Assembly: GCA_963422615.1 (NCBI GenBank)
Contig: OY730414.1
Span: 1,116,001 to 1,180,000 of the forward strand
Origin: Longimicrobiales bacterium
GTDB lineage: Bacteria; Gemmatimonadota; Gemmatimonadetes; Longimicrobiales; Gaopeijiaceae
DNA length: 64,000 bases
Reading direction: 5' to 3'
Part shown: piece by piece, positions 50,951 to 59,869 of the stretch
How positions within the stretch are numbered: the stretch's first letter is position 1
How the letters are laid out: every line of letters starts with the position of its first letter
The notes under the pieces: model-generated
The model's database searches: none
What the model was told of the DNA's origin: nothing
Seen by the model: the letters and a program-made list of their open reading frames with translations, nothing else
Position numbers and translations under genes: made by a program

Positions 50951-51745
50951 ATGGCCCAAGTCCTGCCCACGGTGTCCCGCCGGGGATTCCTGCAGACGGC
51001 CCGAACCGACCGCTGGTGGGCCAAGCCCCTGGCCGTCTTCGCCGGCCTGACCGCGTTCATCGTCTACTCTACCTGGGCGGCCCTCCAGAACGCTCACTTC
51101 GAGTTCGGGGGGTACCTCTCGCCGATGTATTCGCCCCTGCTTTTCGGCGATTCCCACCACGCCGTCTTCGGCGCGCTGCCGGGCTGGTGGCCGGCGTGGC
51201 TTCCCTTCTACCCGGCGTTCCTGATCCTCTGGGCTCCGGGCGGATTTCGCTTTACCTGCTACTACTATCGGGGCGCGTACTACAAGTCCCACTGGGGCTC
51301 CCCGTCGGCGTGCGGCGTCGGCAAGGCGCAAAAGACGTACCGGGGTGAGCACTCCTTCCCGCTCATCCTCCAGAACCTCCACCGCTACTTCCTGTACTTC
51401 GCCCTCGCCTTCCTCGTGATCCTCTCCGTCGATGTGTACCGGGGGATGTGGTTCGGCCCGGTCCACGAAGAATTCGGGGTCGGGATCGGCACGCTGGTGC
51501 TCCTTGTGAATGTGATCCTGCTGTCGGCCTACACCTTCGGCTGCCATTCCTTCCGGCACATGATCGGCGGAAAGTTCAACAGGCTTTCCAAGCGACCGGC
51601 TCGCTTGAGGGCGTGGCGGGGGGTCACCTGGTGCAATGTGCGCCACCAGCTCTTCGCCTGGCTGAGCCTCTTCTGGGTCGGTTTCACCGACCTCTACATT
51701 CGCCTTTGTTCCATGGGTGTCTGGACCGACGTGAGGATTTTCTGA
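50951..51745 (+). CDS. Succinate dehydrogenase membrane anchor (Sdh1/Rv0249c-like)
   Basis: Multi-TM protein with FRFTCYYYRGAYY, QNLHRYF and GCHSFRH, directly upstream of the flavoprotein gene. Confidence 0.8.
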   Translation: MAQVLPTVSRRGFLQTARTDRWWAKPLAVFAGLTAFIVYSTWAALQNAHFEFGGYLSPMYSPLLFGDSHHAVFGALPGWWPAWLPFYPAFLILWAPGGFRFTCYYYRGAYYKSHWGSPSACGVGKAQKTYRGEHSFPLILQNLHRYFLYFALAFLVILSVDVYRGMWFGPVHEEFGVGIGTLVLLVNVILLSAYTFGCHSFRHMIGGKFNRLSKRPARLRAWRGVTWCNVRHQLFAWLSLFWVGFTDLYIRLCSMGVWTDVRIF

Positions 51746-53560
51746 GTGGCTGGCTTCGAGACCCGCCAATACGACGTGCTGGTCATCGGCGCAGGCGGAG
51801 CCGGGCTTCGTGCGGCCATTGAGGCCTCCGCCGCCGGCGTCCGGGTCGGCTTGGTGTGCAAGTCACTCCTGGGCAAGGCTCACACGGTCATGGCCGAAGG
51901 GGGGATGGCGGCCGCCCTGGCCAACGTGGACGAGCGGGACAGCTGGCAGGTTCACTTCGCCGACACCCTGCGCGGGGGCCAGTACCTGAATCAGTGGGAA
52001 ATGGCCGAATATCATGCCCGGGAAGCCCCGGCCCGGGTCAACGAGCTGGAAGCGTGGGGGGCCCTCTTCGACCGGACCCGGGAGGGACGGATCCTCCAGC
52101 GCAACTTCGGCGGCCACGCCTATCCCCGTCTCGCACACGTAGGTGACCGAACCGGTCTGGAGATGATCCGGACCCTTCAGGATCACGGGATTCACCAGGG
52201 GATGACGGTCCACATGGAGGTCACCGTCACGACCCTTCTGAAGAACGGGGAAGGGATCGCCGGTGCCTTCGGGTACGACCGGAATCGGGGCCGATTCCAG
52301 GTGTACCGGGCTCCTGCCGTGGTCCTGGCCACCGGTGGTTTGGGAAAGGCGTACAAGATCACCTCCAACTCCTGGGAGTGCACGGGCGACGGAATCTCCT
52401 TGGCCTACCACGCCGGCGCTCGGCTCAAGGACATGGAGTTCGTCCAGTTCCACCCCACGGGAATGGTGTGGCCTCCCTCCGTGCGCGGCATTCTGGTGAC
52501 GGAGGGCGTCCGGGGCGAAGGGGGGGTCCTCACGAATCGGGAGGGCAGGCGCTTCATGTTCGACCACATCCCCGACCTCTACAAAGAGCTGGTGGCGGAC
52601 GATCCGGAGGAAGGATGGAGGTACGTGACCGGGGACCGGGACGCGAGGCGACCGCCCGAGCTCCTGACCCGGGACCACGTGGCCCGGATGATTCTTGCCG
52701 AAGTAAAGGCGGGGCGGGGTAGCCCCCACGGAGGCGCGTTCCTGGACATCGCCTGGATCAAGGACCGGGTTCCGAAGGGTGCCGAGCACATCAAGCGCAA
52801 ACTCCCGTCCATGTATCACCAGTTCCAGCAGCTGGCGGGCCTGGACATCACCGAGGAGCCCATGGAGGTGGGGCCCACGACCCATTATGCCATGGGTGGG
52901 GTTCAGGTCGCGTCCGACAGCCAGATGACCAACGTACCCGGGCTCTTCGCCGCCGGAGAGTGCGCTACGGGACTTCACGGCGCCAACCGCCTGGGAGGCA
53001 ACTCCCTCTCGGATCTGATCGTTTTCGGCAAGCGGGCCGGGGAGTACGCCGCCCGATACGCAAAGGCCAACGGGCCGCCAACGATCCCGGAAGCCCGGTT
53101 GGACGAAGCCGCCCGGGAGGCCCTGGCGCCCTTCGACCGGGACGACACGGGGGAGGGTCCCTTTCAGATCCAGCAGGCGCTTCAGGAACTGATGCAGGAC
53201 TGTGTGGGGATCATTCGAACCGAAGCGGAGCTTGATCGTGCCCTGGGTGCCCTGACCGACCTGCGGGAGCGCGCGGATCGGGTCGGGGTGGACGGAAACC
53301 GAGAGTGGAACTCGGGATGGCACACGGCTCTGGATCTTGTGCCGCTCCTCACCGTTTCGGAAGCGATCGCGGTGACGGCCCGGGAGCGGACGGAGAGCCG
53401 CGGGGCCCACACCCGGGACGATTACCCCGACAAGGACCCGGCCTGGGGCAAGGTCAATCTGGTCATCGAGAAGGGGGAAGACGGATTGATGCGGGTTGTT
53501 CGGGAAGAGATTCCGCCCCTTCCCCGGGAACTTGCACGAATCATCAAGGAGCAGGGCTGA
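51746..53560 (+). CDS. sdhA: Succinate dehydrogenase/fumarate reductase flavoprotein
   Basis: IGAGGAGL, AHTVMAEGG (FAD-His), EFVQFHPTG, HYAMGG, HGANRLGGNSL, ESRGAH. Confidence 0.95.
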   Translation: MAGFETRQYDVLVIGAGGAGLRAAIEASAAGVRVGLVCKSLLGKAHTVMAEGGMAAALANVDERDSWQVHFADTLRGGQYLNQWEMAEYHAREAPARVNELEAWGALFDRTREGRILQRNFGGHAYPRLAHVGDRTGLEMIRTLQDHGIHQGMTVHMEVTVTTLLKNGEGIAGAFGYDRNRGRFQVYRAPAVVLATGGLGKAYKITSNSWECTGDGISLAYHAGARLKDMEFVQFHPTGMVWPPSVRGILVTEGVRGEGGVLTNREGRRFMFDHIPDLYKELVADDPEEGWRYVTGDRDARRPPELLTRDHVARMILAEVKAGRGSPHGGAFLDIAWIKDRVPKGAEHIKRKLPSMYHQFQQLAGLDITEEPMEVGPTTHYAMGGVQVASDSQMTNVPGLFAAGECATGLHGANRLGGNSLSDLIVFGKRAGEYAARYAKANGPPTIPEARLDEAAREALAPFDRDDTGEGPFQIQQALQELMQDCVGIIRTEAELDRALGALTDLRERADRVGVDGNREWNSGWHTALDLVPLLTVSEAIAVTARERTESRGAHTRDDYPDKDPAWGKVNLVIEKGEDGLMRVVREEIPPLPRELARIIKEQG

Positions 53561-54318
53561 TGCCCGCCACGACGTTCAGGATATGGCGGGGGAACTCCGA
53601 TGGCGGAGCCCTCCAAGACTACCGAACCGAATACTCCGAGGGAATGGTTGTTCTGGATGTGGTGCACAAGATCCAGGCGGAACAGGCCAACGACCTCGCG
53701 GTGCGGTGGAACTGCAAAGCTGGAAAGTGCGGTTCGTGTTCGGCAGAAGTCAACGGCAAGCCCAAACTCATGTGCATGACCCGCATGAACACCCTCCCGG
53801 TCGACCGGCCCGTCACTATTCAGCCCATGCAGGCGTTTCCGGTGGAGCGGGATCTGGTCACCGACGTGAGCGTGAACTACGAAATCAAGGAGCGCATTCG
53901 GCCCTTCAAGCCGCGTCCCCCCGACCACGAGGACGGAACCTGGAAGATGCACCAGTCCGACGTGGAGCGCTCCCAGGAGTTCCGGAAGTGCATTGAGTGT
54001 TTCCTGTGCCAGGACGTCTGCCATGTGGACCGGGATCATCACTATCACCTTGAGGGCCGGTTTATAGGCCCCCGTTTTTTCATCCACACGGCCTGCCTGG
54101 ACATGCATCCCGCCGACACCGAGGACCGCCTGGCCGATCTGAAGGAACGGGACGGCGTGGGCTACTGCAACATCACCAAGTGTTGCACCGTGGTCTGTCC
54201 GGAGCACATCGCCATCACGGACAACGCCATCATTCCCCTCAAGGAGCGGGTGGCGGACCGCTTCTACGATCCAGTGGCGAAGGTGTTGCGGGTCATCGGG
54301 ATCGGCGGACGGGGCTAG
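53560..54318 (+). CDS. sdhB: Succinate dehydrogenase/fumarate reductase iron-sulfur subunit
   Basis: CKAGKCGSC, CIECFLCQDVC and CNITKCCTVVCP. ATG 53560 overlaps the sdhA stop. Confidence 0.95.
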   Translation: MPATTFRIWRGNSDGGALQDYRTEYSEGMVVLDVVHKIQAEQANDLAVRWNCKAGKCGSCSAEVNGKPKLMCMTRMNTLPVDRPVTIQPMQAFPVERDLVTDVSVNYEIKERIRPFKPRPPDHEDGTWKMHQSDVERSQEFRKCIECFLCQDVCHVDRDHHYHLEGRFIGPRFFIHTACLDMHPADTEDRLADLKERDGVGYCNITKCCTVVCPEHIAITDNAIIPLKERVADRFYDPVAKVLRVIGIGGRG

Positions 54319-54353
54319 CCTTGCCGGGTGGCGGCCCTGAGGGTGAGTTCTAT

Positions 54354-55328
54354 ATGCCAGGCATACCGGGGGCCACCCCGCCTCCTGCCTTGGTCGTCCT
54401 GGCGGCGGGAATGTCCACCCGTTTCGGTCGCCTCAAGCAGCTGGAACCCATCGGCCCCGGAGGGGAAGCCCTCTTGGACTACGCCCTCTATGACGGCGCC
54501 CGGGCGGGGTTCTCCCCTTTCATCCTGGTGATCCAGGAGGCGAACCGCCCCGCCTTCGAGGCGCATCTCCACCCCGCCACCGAAGCGGGCCTGGACATTC
54601 GCTTTGTCCACCAGGGGCTGACCCGCCCCGGCCTGTTGGACGACCCGTTGCCAGGGCGGACCCGACCGTGGGGAACGGGTTTTGCGCTTCTCGCTGCGAC
54701 AGAGCACGTGGATGGCCCGTTTGCCATGTGCAACGCCGACGATTTCTACGGGCGAGGGGCCTATGGCGTCCTATTCGACGCGCTGGGGACCGTCTTGGCC
54801 AGAAGCACAACCGAGCCCGATGGGGATGGGATGCCGAACTCGACCTCGTTGCCCGCCTTTACGGTGGCGTACCCCTTGGAAGCCACCCTGTCGGAAAACG
54901 GGGGCGTATCAAGGGGCATCTGCCGTACCGGGAAGGACGGGGCCCTCCGGAGGTTGACCGAAGGGCTGGAGATGCGCCGCCAGGGAGACCGGGTCCTGGG
55001 CCTGGACCCGGATGGAAACCCGGTCGATGTGGGCCTCCGGACCCCGGTGTGCACGAGCCTGTGGGGCTTTCTGCCTGGGATTCAGTCCCTCCTGGCTCCC
55101 CGCTTCTCGGCGTTTCTCGCGGCGGGGCCGGAACCCGATGCGGAATTCTACCTCACGGAGGCCGTGAACCACCTCATTGGGGCGGGCCGGCTGGCGTGTA
55201 CGCTGCTGCCCTCCGGAGAGCGCTGGCTGGGCGTTACCTTCCCTGAGGACAAGCCCGCCGTGGCCGAATCCCTCTGGAAGCTGGTAGACTCGGGCGTGTA
55301 CCCTCGTGGCCTGTGGAATTCCCCTTGA
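54354..55328 (+). CDS. Sugar-phosphate nucleotidyltransferase family protein
   Basis: VVLAAGMSTRFGRLKQL, PWGTG, NADDFYG, GGVSRG, WLGVT. Confidence 0.88.
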   Translation: MPGIPGATPPPALVVLAAGMSTRFGRLKQLEPIGPGGEALLDYALYDGARAGFSPFILVIQEANRPAFEAHLHPATEAGLDIRFVHQGLTRPGLLDDPLPGRTRPWGTGFALLAATEHVDGPFAMCNADDFYGRGAYGVLFDALGTVLARSTTEPDGDGMPNSTSLPAFTVAYPLEATLSENGGVSRGICRTGKDGALRRLTEGLEMRRQGDRVLGLDPDGNPVDVGLRTPVCTSLWGFLPGIQSLLAPRFSAFLAAGPEPDAEFYLTEAVNHLIGAGRLACTLLPSGERWLGVTFPEDKPAVAESLWKLVDSGVYPRGLWNSP

Positions 55329-56152
55329 GCATCGGGTCCCTCCTCGGGCTCGGTCGACCTGCCCGGCTTCCGCGAACCGCCGAGGGCCCGCCAGTTCTCG
55401 GGTGCACTCTACTCGCCGCATTCTGCCTCGGGTGCGCCGACCTTCCGCCGGAAACCGGCCCCGACGACGCCCTTTGGGTGGCGGTCATGCGAGATCTAGA
55501 TGATGTCCTGATCCCCTTTGCCCGCCACACCGCGGATGGCTGGGATTCGCCGTGGCCCGGGTTGATTGACCACAGTCACCCCGTCGCCAGATTCGACTCC
55601 GAAGGCTTTCTGGTTGATTGGACGTTGCCTTTGGAGAGCCAAACGGAACGCCAGCGGCTCGCTGCTCCGACACGGTGGTACGTTTACGCTATTCCCCCGG
55701 CAGCAACCCCTACTGCCGTATCTGCCAGTGCCCTCGTCATTGTCGGATCCCACTGTTTGAATTTCTGGGGATTGTTGACTACGCCGGAACCGACTCCCGG
55801 GCAAGAGGGAACCGACCCGCGGCGGTCACCGTACCGACGATTCTACGCGGCATTCAGTCGTCCGCCCGATTCCGTGTTGGAAGAAAGCGAGATTCCCAAC
55901 CTTGCCCAAATCAGAGTGGACCTCGGGCTGGTTGATAATGTGCTTCCGCCGCCATGCGAACGTTTCCCCTGGCCTGCGGATCTAGAATGCGATTTCAAGT
56001 CCATGCGAACGATCGAATCGCTGGGGTATTTTCGGTTTGGCTCTCAGGTCTTGGGTGTCCTATACGACCAGCGCTACGAGGGCGAGAGCTACGCAGTTCT
56101 GGCGATCGAGGAAGACCGCGGTCGCATCCCGGTGTACGTGCACGGGGGCTGA
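55313..56152 (+). CDS. Hypothetical (possible lipoprotein)
   Basis: 279-aa ORF with LLAAFCLGC lipobox-like segment and no recognised domain. Start is uncertain. Confidence 0.4.
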   Translation: MEFPLSIGSLLGLGRPARLPRTAEGPPVLGCTLLAAFCLGCADLPPETGPDDALWVAVMRDLDDVLIPFARHTADGWDSPWPGLIDHSHPVARFDSEGFLVDWTLPLESQTERQRLAAPTRWYVYAIPPAATPTAVSASALVIVGSHCLNFWGLLTTPEPTPGQEGTDPRRSPYRRFYAAFSRPPDSVLEESEIPNLAQIRVDLGLVDNVLPPPCERFPWPADLECDFKSMRTIESLGYFRFGSQVLGVLYDQRYEGESYAVLAIEEDRGRIPVYVHGG

Positions 56153-56176
56153 GCTTGTGCGCCGCCTGGCCGGAAC

Positions 56177-59100
56177 CTACTGTCGGGTTTTGCCCGACGG
56201 AGGCGGTGAACCATCGCCGGGAGCTATTTTCGGGGCAGTGACGCATCCGTCCGGGGCCTTCAGGGCTTCCCCGGAGCGGGCCTTCTCCACGGTCTTGATT
56301 TCCTCTTCGTCAAGGTCATACAGGGCGTAGACCCGCCGGTCGATCTCGGCTTCCAAGGCGCCGATGTCGACGGCGGGGTCGGCGTCTTTGGCGGTAAGGA
56401 TCTCTTTGACCCGGCGAATCAAGGGGGCTTGGGCGTCCGTGCTGACGGCAGGAATGGGGAGACGTTCGACGGTACCTTTGATCCACCTAGGGACACCCAT
56501 GCCGCTGGTCAACGCCGTGTTTTTCAGGAACCACGTGATCAGGGCACTGTTCAAGACCGCGCAGAGGTAGTGCAGGGGCCCATTCGTCATCGTGAAAGCT
56601 GAATTGTTGCAGTACATGGGCTCTTCGGCGTAGGCGAACCTGCCCTCTGGCGCCATGTCCATCCAGAAGAGCTTTTCCTGTTCGTAGCGGAAAGCGGCGG
56701 CGGCGCTGGGGCTGCCCTGCAGCTCGTACCACCGGTTGCCACCGGATTTCTTTGCCAGGGCTGTGCGGTGGGCTTCCAGGTGCCTCGCGACTGCCGGGTA
56801 ACCCTCCAGGCGAGTTCCCTTTCTGGCGTAGATCAGCCACAGTCCGGCCCACTCCGCTCGCCAGCGCTTGACATCCCGGCCCCGGAGGACCGGTTTGAGG
56901 ACCTGGGCGGAGTGAGGGTCTTCGCCGATCAGTGCGTCCCGGGTGTTGGCGTCAATGATGAACGCCTTGTTGCAGCCGGTCTTGATCCCATAGTTGATCT
57001 TGACGTCCCACTCCGCCAGGGGCGTCCCCAGGGTGCGCATCTTGTCCACGACCCGCCATTCTGTGGGGGAGAGGATGGACCACGGGGCGTCCCCGTCCGG
57101 GCGCGCTTCCTTCCAGTTTTCGGGGGGGGGGGGGGGGGGGGGATGATTTGACGGCGAGTTATCTAAGTTCCTGGCGCGAAATGACTTGGCGCTTCCTCCT
57201 TCCCGGACCAGGAGCCTGCTGGTGACGACGATGGCCTTTGCGAAGACGTTCTTGGCCCCGTCCACCAGAAGGAGGGGGGTGTGCTCCTCCGAGAGGTAGC
57301 GGCGCAGGGGGCCACCGTACTCGGCCTTCAGCCAGCTGTTGGACGTGATGTAGGACAAGTGGCCCCAGGGCCGGAGCAGCTGGCACCCCCGCTCGTAGAA
57401 GAGCTGGTAGACGTCAGCCTTCCGCGTGAAGGTTGCGTATCCGCCATTCTGGTACCGGTTCGCCAGCTTGCCCTTGTCTTTCTCTAGCTGAATGTACGGC
57501 GGGTTCCCGATCACGATGGCGAAGCCCGCGTCAACCCCGAACATCCACGCAGGGTCGAACCAGTCGGCGCTCCGGTTCTGGTCGTAGGGGTCCCAGCGGG
57601 CCAACCGTTCGGCGGCCTCTTCGTCCCATCCCCCCCGGACCCGGGTCGCTATCAGCGTTTCCCGAGTGCGCTCGTCTTCCCCTTTCAAGCGCAGTTTTTC
57701 GTCCCGATCCCGGGCCTCGAACCACTTGGCGCGAATCCGTCGGAGCGCCTTTTCCAGCCTTTCGACCCCCGGGCTACGGAAAGAGCCCTGTTCGGAGGCG
57801 GGAAGGGATCCCAGGGTGTCCGCCGACACAAAACGGGTTTCCAGGTTGGGCAGTGGCTCGATGCCGTAGTTGTCCGCTGGATCTTCGTTGGTTTTCTGTT
57901 CGACCAGGAGGGATATGAAAAAGCGGAGTTTGGCGATCTGACAGGCGATGGGCTGGATGTCCACGCCGTGGATGACGCGCTGGATCAGGTAGCGCTTGCG
58001 GCCGAAGTCGCCGTAGTTGCGCGCAGGGGAGAAGGCGGCTTCGATCGCGGCCTTGGCCCTCTTCCGGGCCAGGGGATCGGGAATACCGTGCGCGGTTTCC
58101 AGCTGCCGCGCCTTCCACCGTTGGTTCTCCGGGTCGACTTTGGAAAGGACGAAGACAAGCTTCTGCAGGATGGCCATCGGGAACGCGCCGGAACCGCACG
58201 CCGGATCGAGGATTTTCAGGTCATCGATCGCGTCGATGAGGCGACCGACCTCCCCGGGCTTCAGTAGGTGATCCGAGCTGGTCCCTTCCGGCTCGCCCGG
58301 TCCGACTTCCGCACCCTGGGTCCCCTCCCCCCGGTTGTATGCCAGGAGGTGCTCGATCCGTTCCTTCAGCCGGTCATTGTTTCCGTCCGGAGGGGGTACC
58401 TTTTCCAAGAAGTACGCGGCGAGGGCGCCATCCACCATCTCTTCGACCACGGGTCGGGGGGTGTAGTAGGAGCCCGTCGCCTTCCTCGCGATGTCCTTGG
58501 TTTCCGGATTGTAGGTGGCGAGAAGGTTCTCGAAGACCCGGCCTAGAAGTTCGGGGTCCAGGGCGACTTCCTGGTGGAGCGGCGTGTTTTCCTCAACCGT
58601 GAACTTGTACCGATGCAGGAGGGGGAAGAGCCCCTCTTTGCCAAAGAAGATCCGAGCCGGAACGTCCAGCTCCCGCCCGTGGCCCGGTCCCTTGATGTTG
58701 TCGGTAAAGGCGTCGATCCTGCGATCGCCCCGACTCTGGCTTTCGAAGTGGTCCAGGCAGTCGAAGAGACCGCCGTTGACGAAGGGTACGGATTTGAGCT
58801 TCTTGAGGAATCCCTCTGGATCGCTCAAGAGATCCTTGTAACGGCACTTGGTGAAGTCCCGGTCCGGGCTCCGGTCCCTCCGGCTGAAAGCCCGCCGTTC
58901 GATCTCGGTGTTGAGCGATCCGAAGAACAGATTCTGAAGCACCGCCCGGTAGTAGTCGGTGCCCTCGGGTTCGTGCTGCCTCAAAGCACGACCAACGAAA
59001 GCTTCCTGGAAGAGGTCCCTCGGGACCAGGCCCATTTCTTTCAGGAACCAGATGAACAGGATCCGGGTGATGAGACGGATGACCTGCCGCTCCTTGCTGC

Positions 59101-59869
59101 CTTCGCCCTCCCCATCGTAGGGGAAGCGACACTCCCCGACCGCGCTCTGAAACCATGCGAAGAGCTCTCGGTAGAAGCGCTTGTTGAGCGCTTCGGTGTC
59201 CAGGCGGTCTTCCCAGTTGGCGTGCAGGGCGTCGAAGGAGCACGTGGCTTGATCGTCCGCCAGTTTGTGCAGGGTGAGGCTTTCCAGGATGTCGACGTGG
59301 GCCCGGTGCGGATTCGCGACCCGGATGTCCTTGATGAGGGTGACCTTTTCGAGGACGTCCTTGTCGACATCCAGCTTGTGCGCCCGGCGGTGGATCACGG
59401 CCAAGGAGAGGGACGGGATCTCTTCGTTGTCATGGACATATCGAAAGAAAACGAGCACCGGCATCGGGAGGAGCCGATTCACGGCCCGGGTCATCTTGGC
59501 CAGCCGGTATCGGGGGTAGTCGCCGGCCGCTAGTTCGACGGCCAGGAAGAGAAAAGACCGGACCTGACTGGGCTCGAAGTTCCGGCTTCCGAAGAGGTTG
59601 TCCTGGGCGTGCAGCGCTTCCCGCAGCTCCCCTTCATGGTACTGGAAGATGATGTCCACCTGGCGCCAGGCTTCGAAGAGTTTCCGTTGCGGCTGCGTGA
59701 GGACATCGTGGGCGTTGAACGTTTCCAGGAACTCCGACACCTGTCCCGCGTTGATCGTGCGCTCGCTGTGGTATCCCATCACCTCCAGCAGCCGGGTCGC
59801 CCGCCTCCGAAGGCCGCCGCTTGCGAAATTTCCCAGTGCGTCGCGAATGCACGCTTTGGCCTCAGGCAC
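56177..59869 (-). CDS. Eco57I/type IIG-like N6-adenine DNA methyltransferase with C-terminal TaqI-like TRD
   Basis: VPFVNGGLF, LLGRVFENLL, GSYYTPR, ILDPACGSGAF, VIGNPPY, INYGIKTG and AVLNS. GTG 59869 overlaps the helicase stop (ORF open to 59887). Confidence 0.9.
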   Translation of the reverse strand: MPEAKACIRDALGNFASGGLRRRATRLLEVMGYHSERTINAGQVSEFLETFNAHDVLTQPQRKLFEAWRQVDIIFQYHEGELREALHAQDNLFGSRNFEPSQVRSFLFLAVELAAGDYPRYRLAKMTRAVNRLLPMPVLVFFRYVHDNEEIPSLSLAVIHRRAHKLDVDKDVLEKVTLIKDIRVANPHRAHVDILESLTLHKLADDQATCSFDALHANWEDRLDTEALNKRFYRELFAWFQSAVGECRFPYDGEGEGSKERQVIRLITRILFIWFLKEMGLVPRDLFQEAFVGRALRQHEPEGTDYYRAVLQNLFFGSLNTEIERRAFSRRDRSPDRDFTKCRYKDLLSDPEGFLKKLKSVPFVNGGLFDCLDHFESQSRGDRRIDAFTDNIKGPGHGRELDVPARIFFGKEGLFPLLHRYKFTVEENTPLHQEVALDPELLGRVFENLLATYNPETKDIARKATGSYYTPRPVVEEMVDGALAAYFLEKVPPPDGNNDRLKERIEHLLAYNRGEGTQGAEVGPGEPEGTSSDHLLKPGEVGRLIDAIDDLKILDPACGSGAFPMAILQKLVFVLSKVDPENQRWKARQLETAHGIPDPLARKRAKAAIEAAFSPARNYGDFGRKRYLIQRVIHGVDIQPIACQIAKLRFFISLLVEQKTNEDPADNYGIEPLPNLETRFVSADTLGSLPASEQGSFRSPGVERLEKALRRIRAKWFEARDRDEKLRLKGEDERTRETLIATRVRGGWDEEAAERLARWDPYDQNRSADWFDPAWMFGVDAGFAIVIGNPPYIQLEKDKGKLANRYQNGGYATFTRKADVYQLFYERGCQLLRPWGHLSYITSNSWLKAEYGGPLRRYLSEEHTPLLLVDGAKNVFAKAIVVTSRLLVREGGSAKSFRARNLDNSPSNHPPPPPPPENWKEARPDGDAPWSILSPTEWRVVDKMRTLGTPLAEWDVKINYGIKTGCNKAFIIDANTRDALIGEDPHSAQVLKPVLRGRDVKRWRAEWAGLWLIYARKGTRLEGYPAVARHLEAHRTALAKKSGGNRWYELQGSPSAAAAFRYEQEKLFWMDMAPEGRFAYAEEPMYCNNSAFTMTNGPLHYLCAVLNSALITWFLKNTALTSGMGVPRWIKGTVERLPIPAVSTDAQAPLIRRVKEILTAKDADPAVDIGALEAEIDRRVYALYDLDEEEIKTVEKARSGEALKAPDGCVTAPKIAPGDGSPPPSGKTRQ
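57122..57142. repeat. G21 (C21 on the coding strand) homopolymer inside the methyltransferase gene
   Basis: 21 consecutive G, encoding seven Pro in frame (SNH-PPPPPPP-ENW). Confidence 0.95.
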
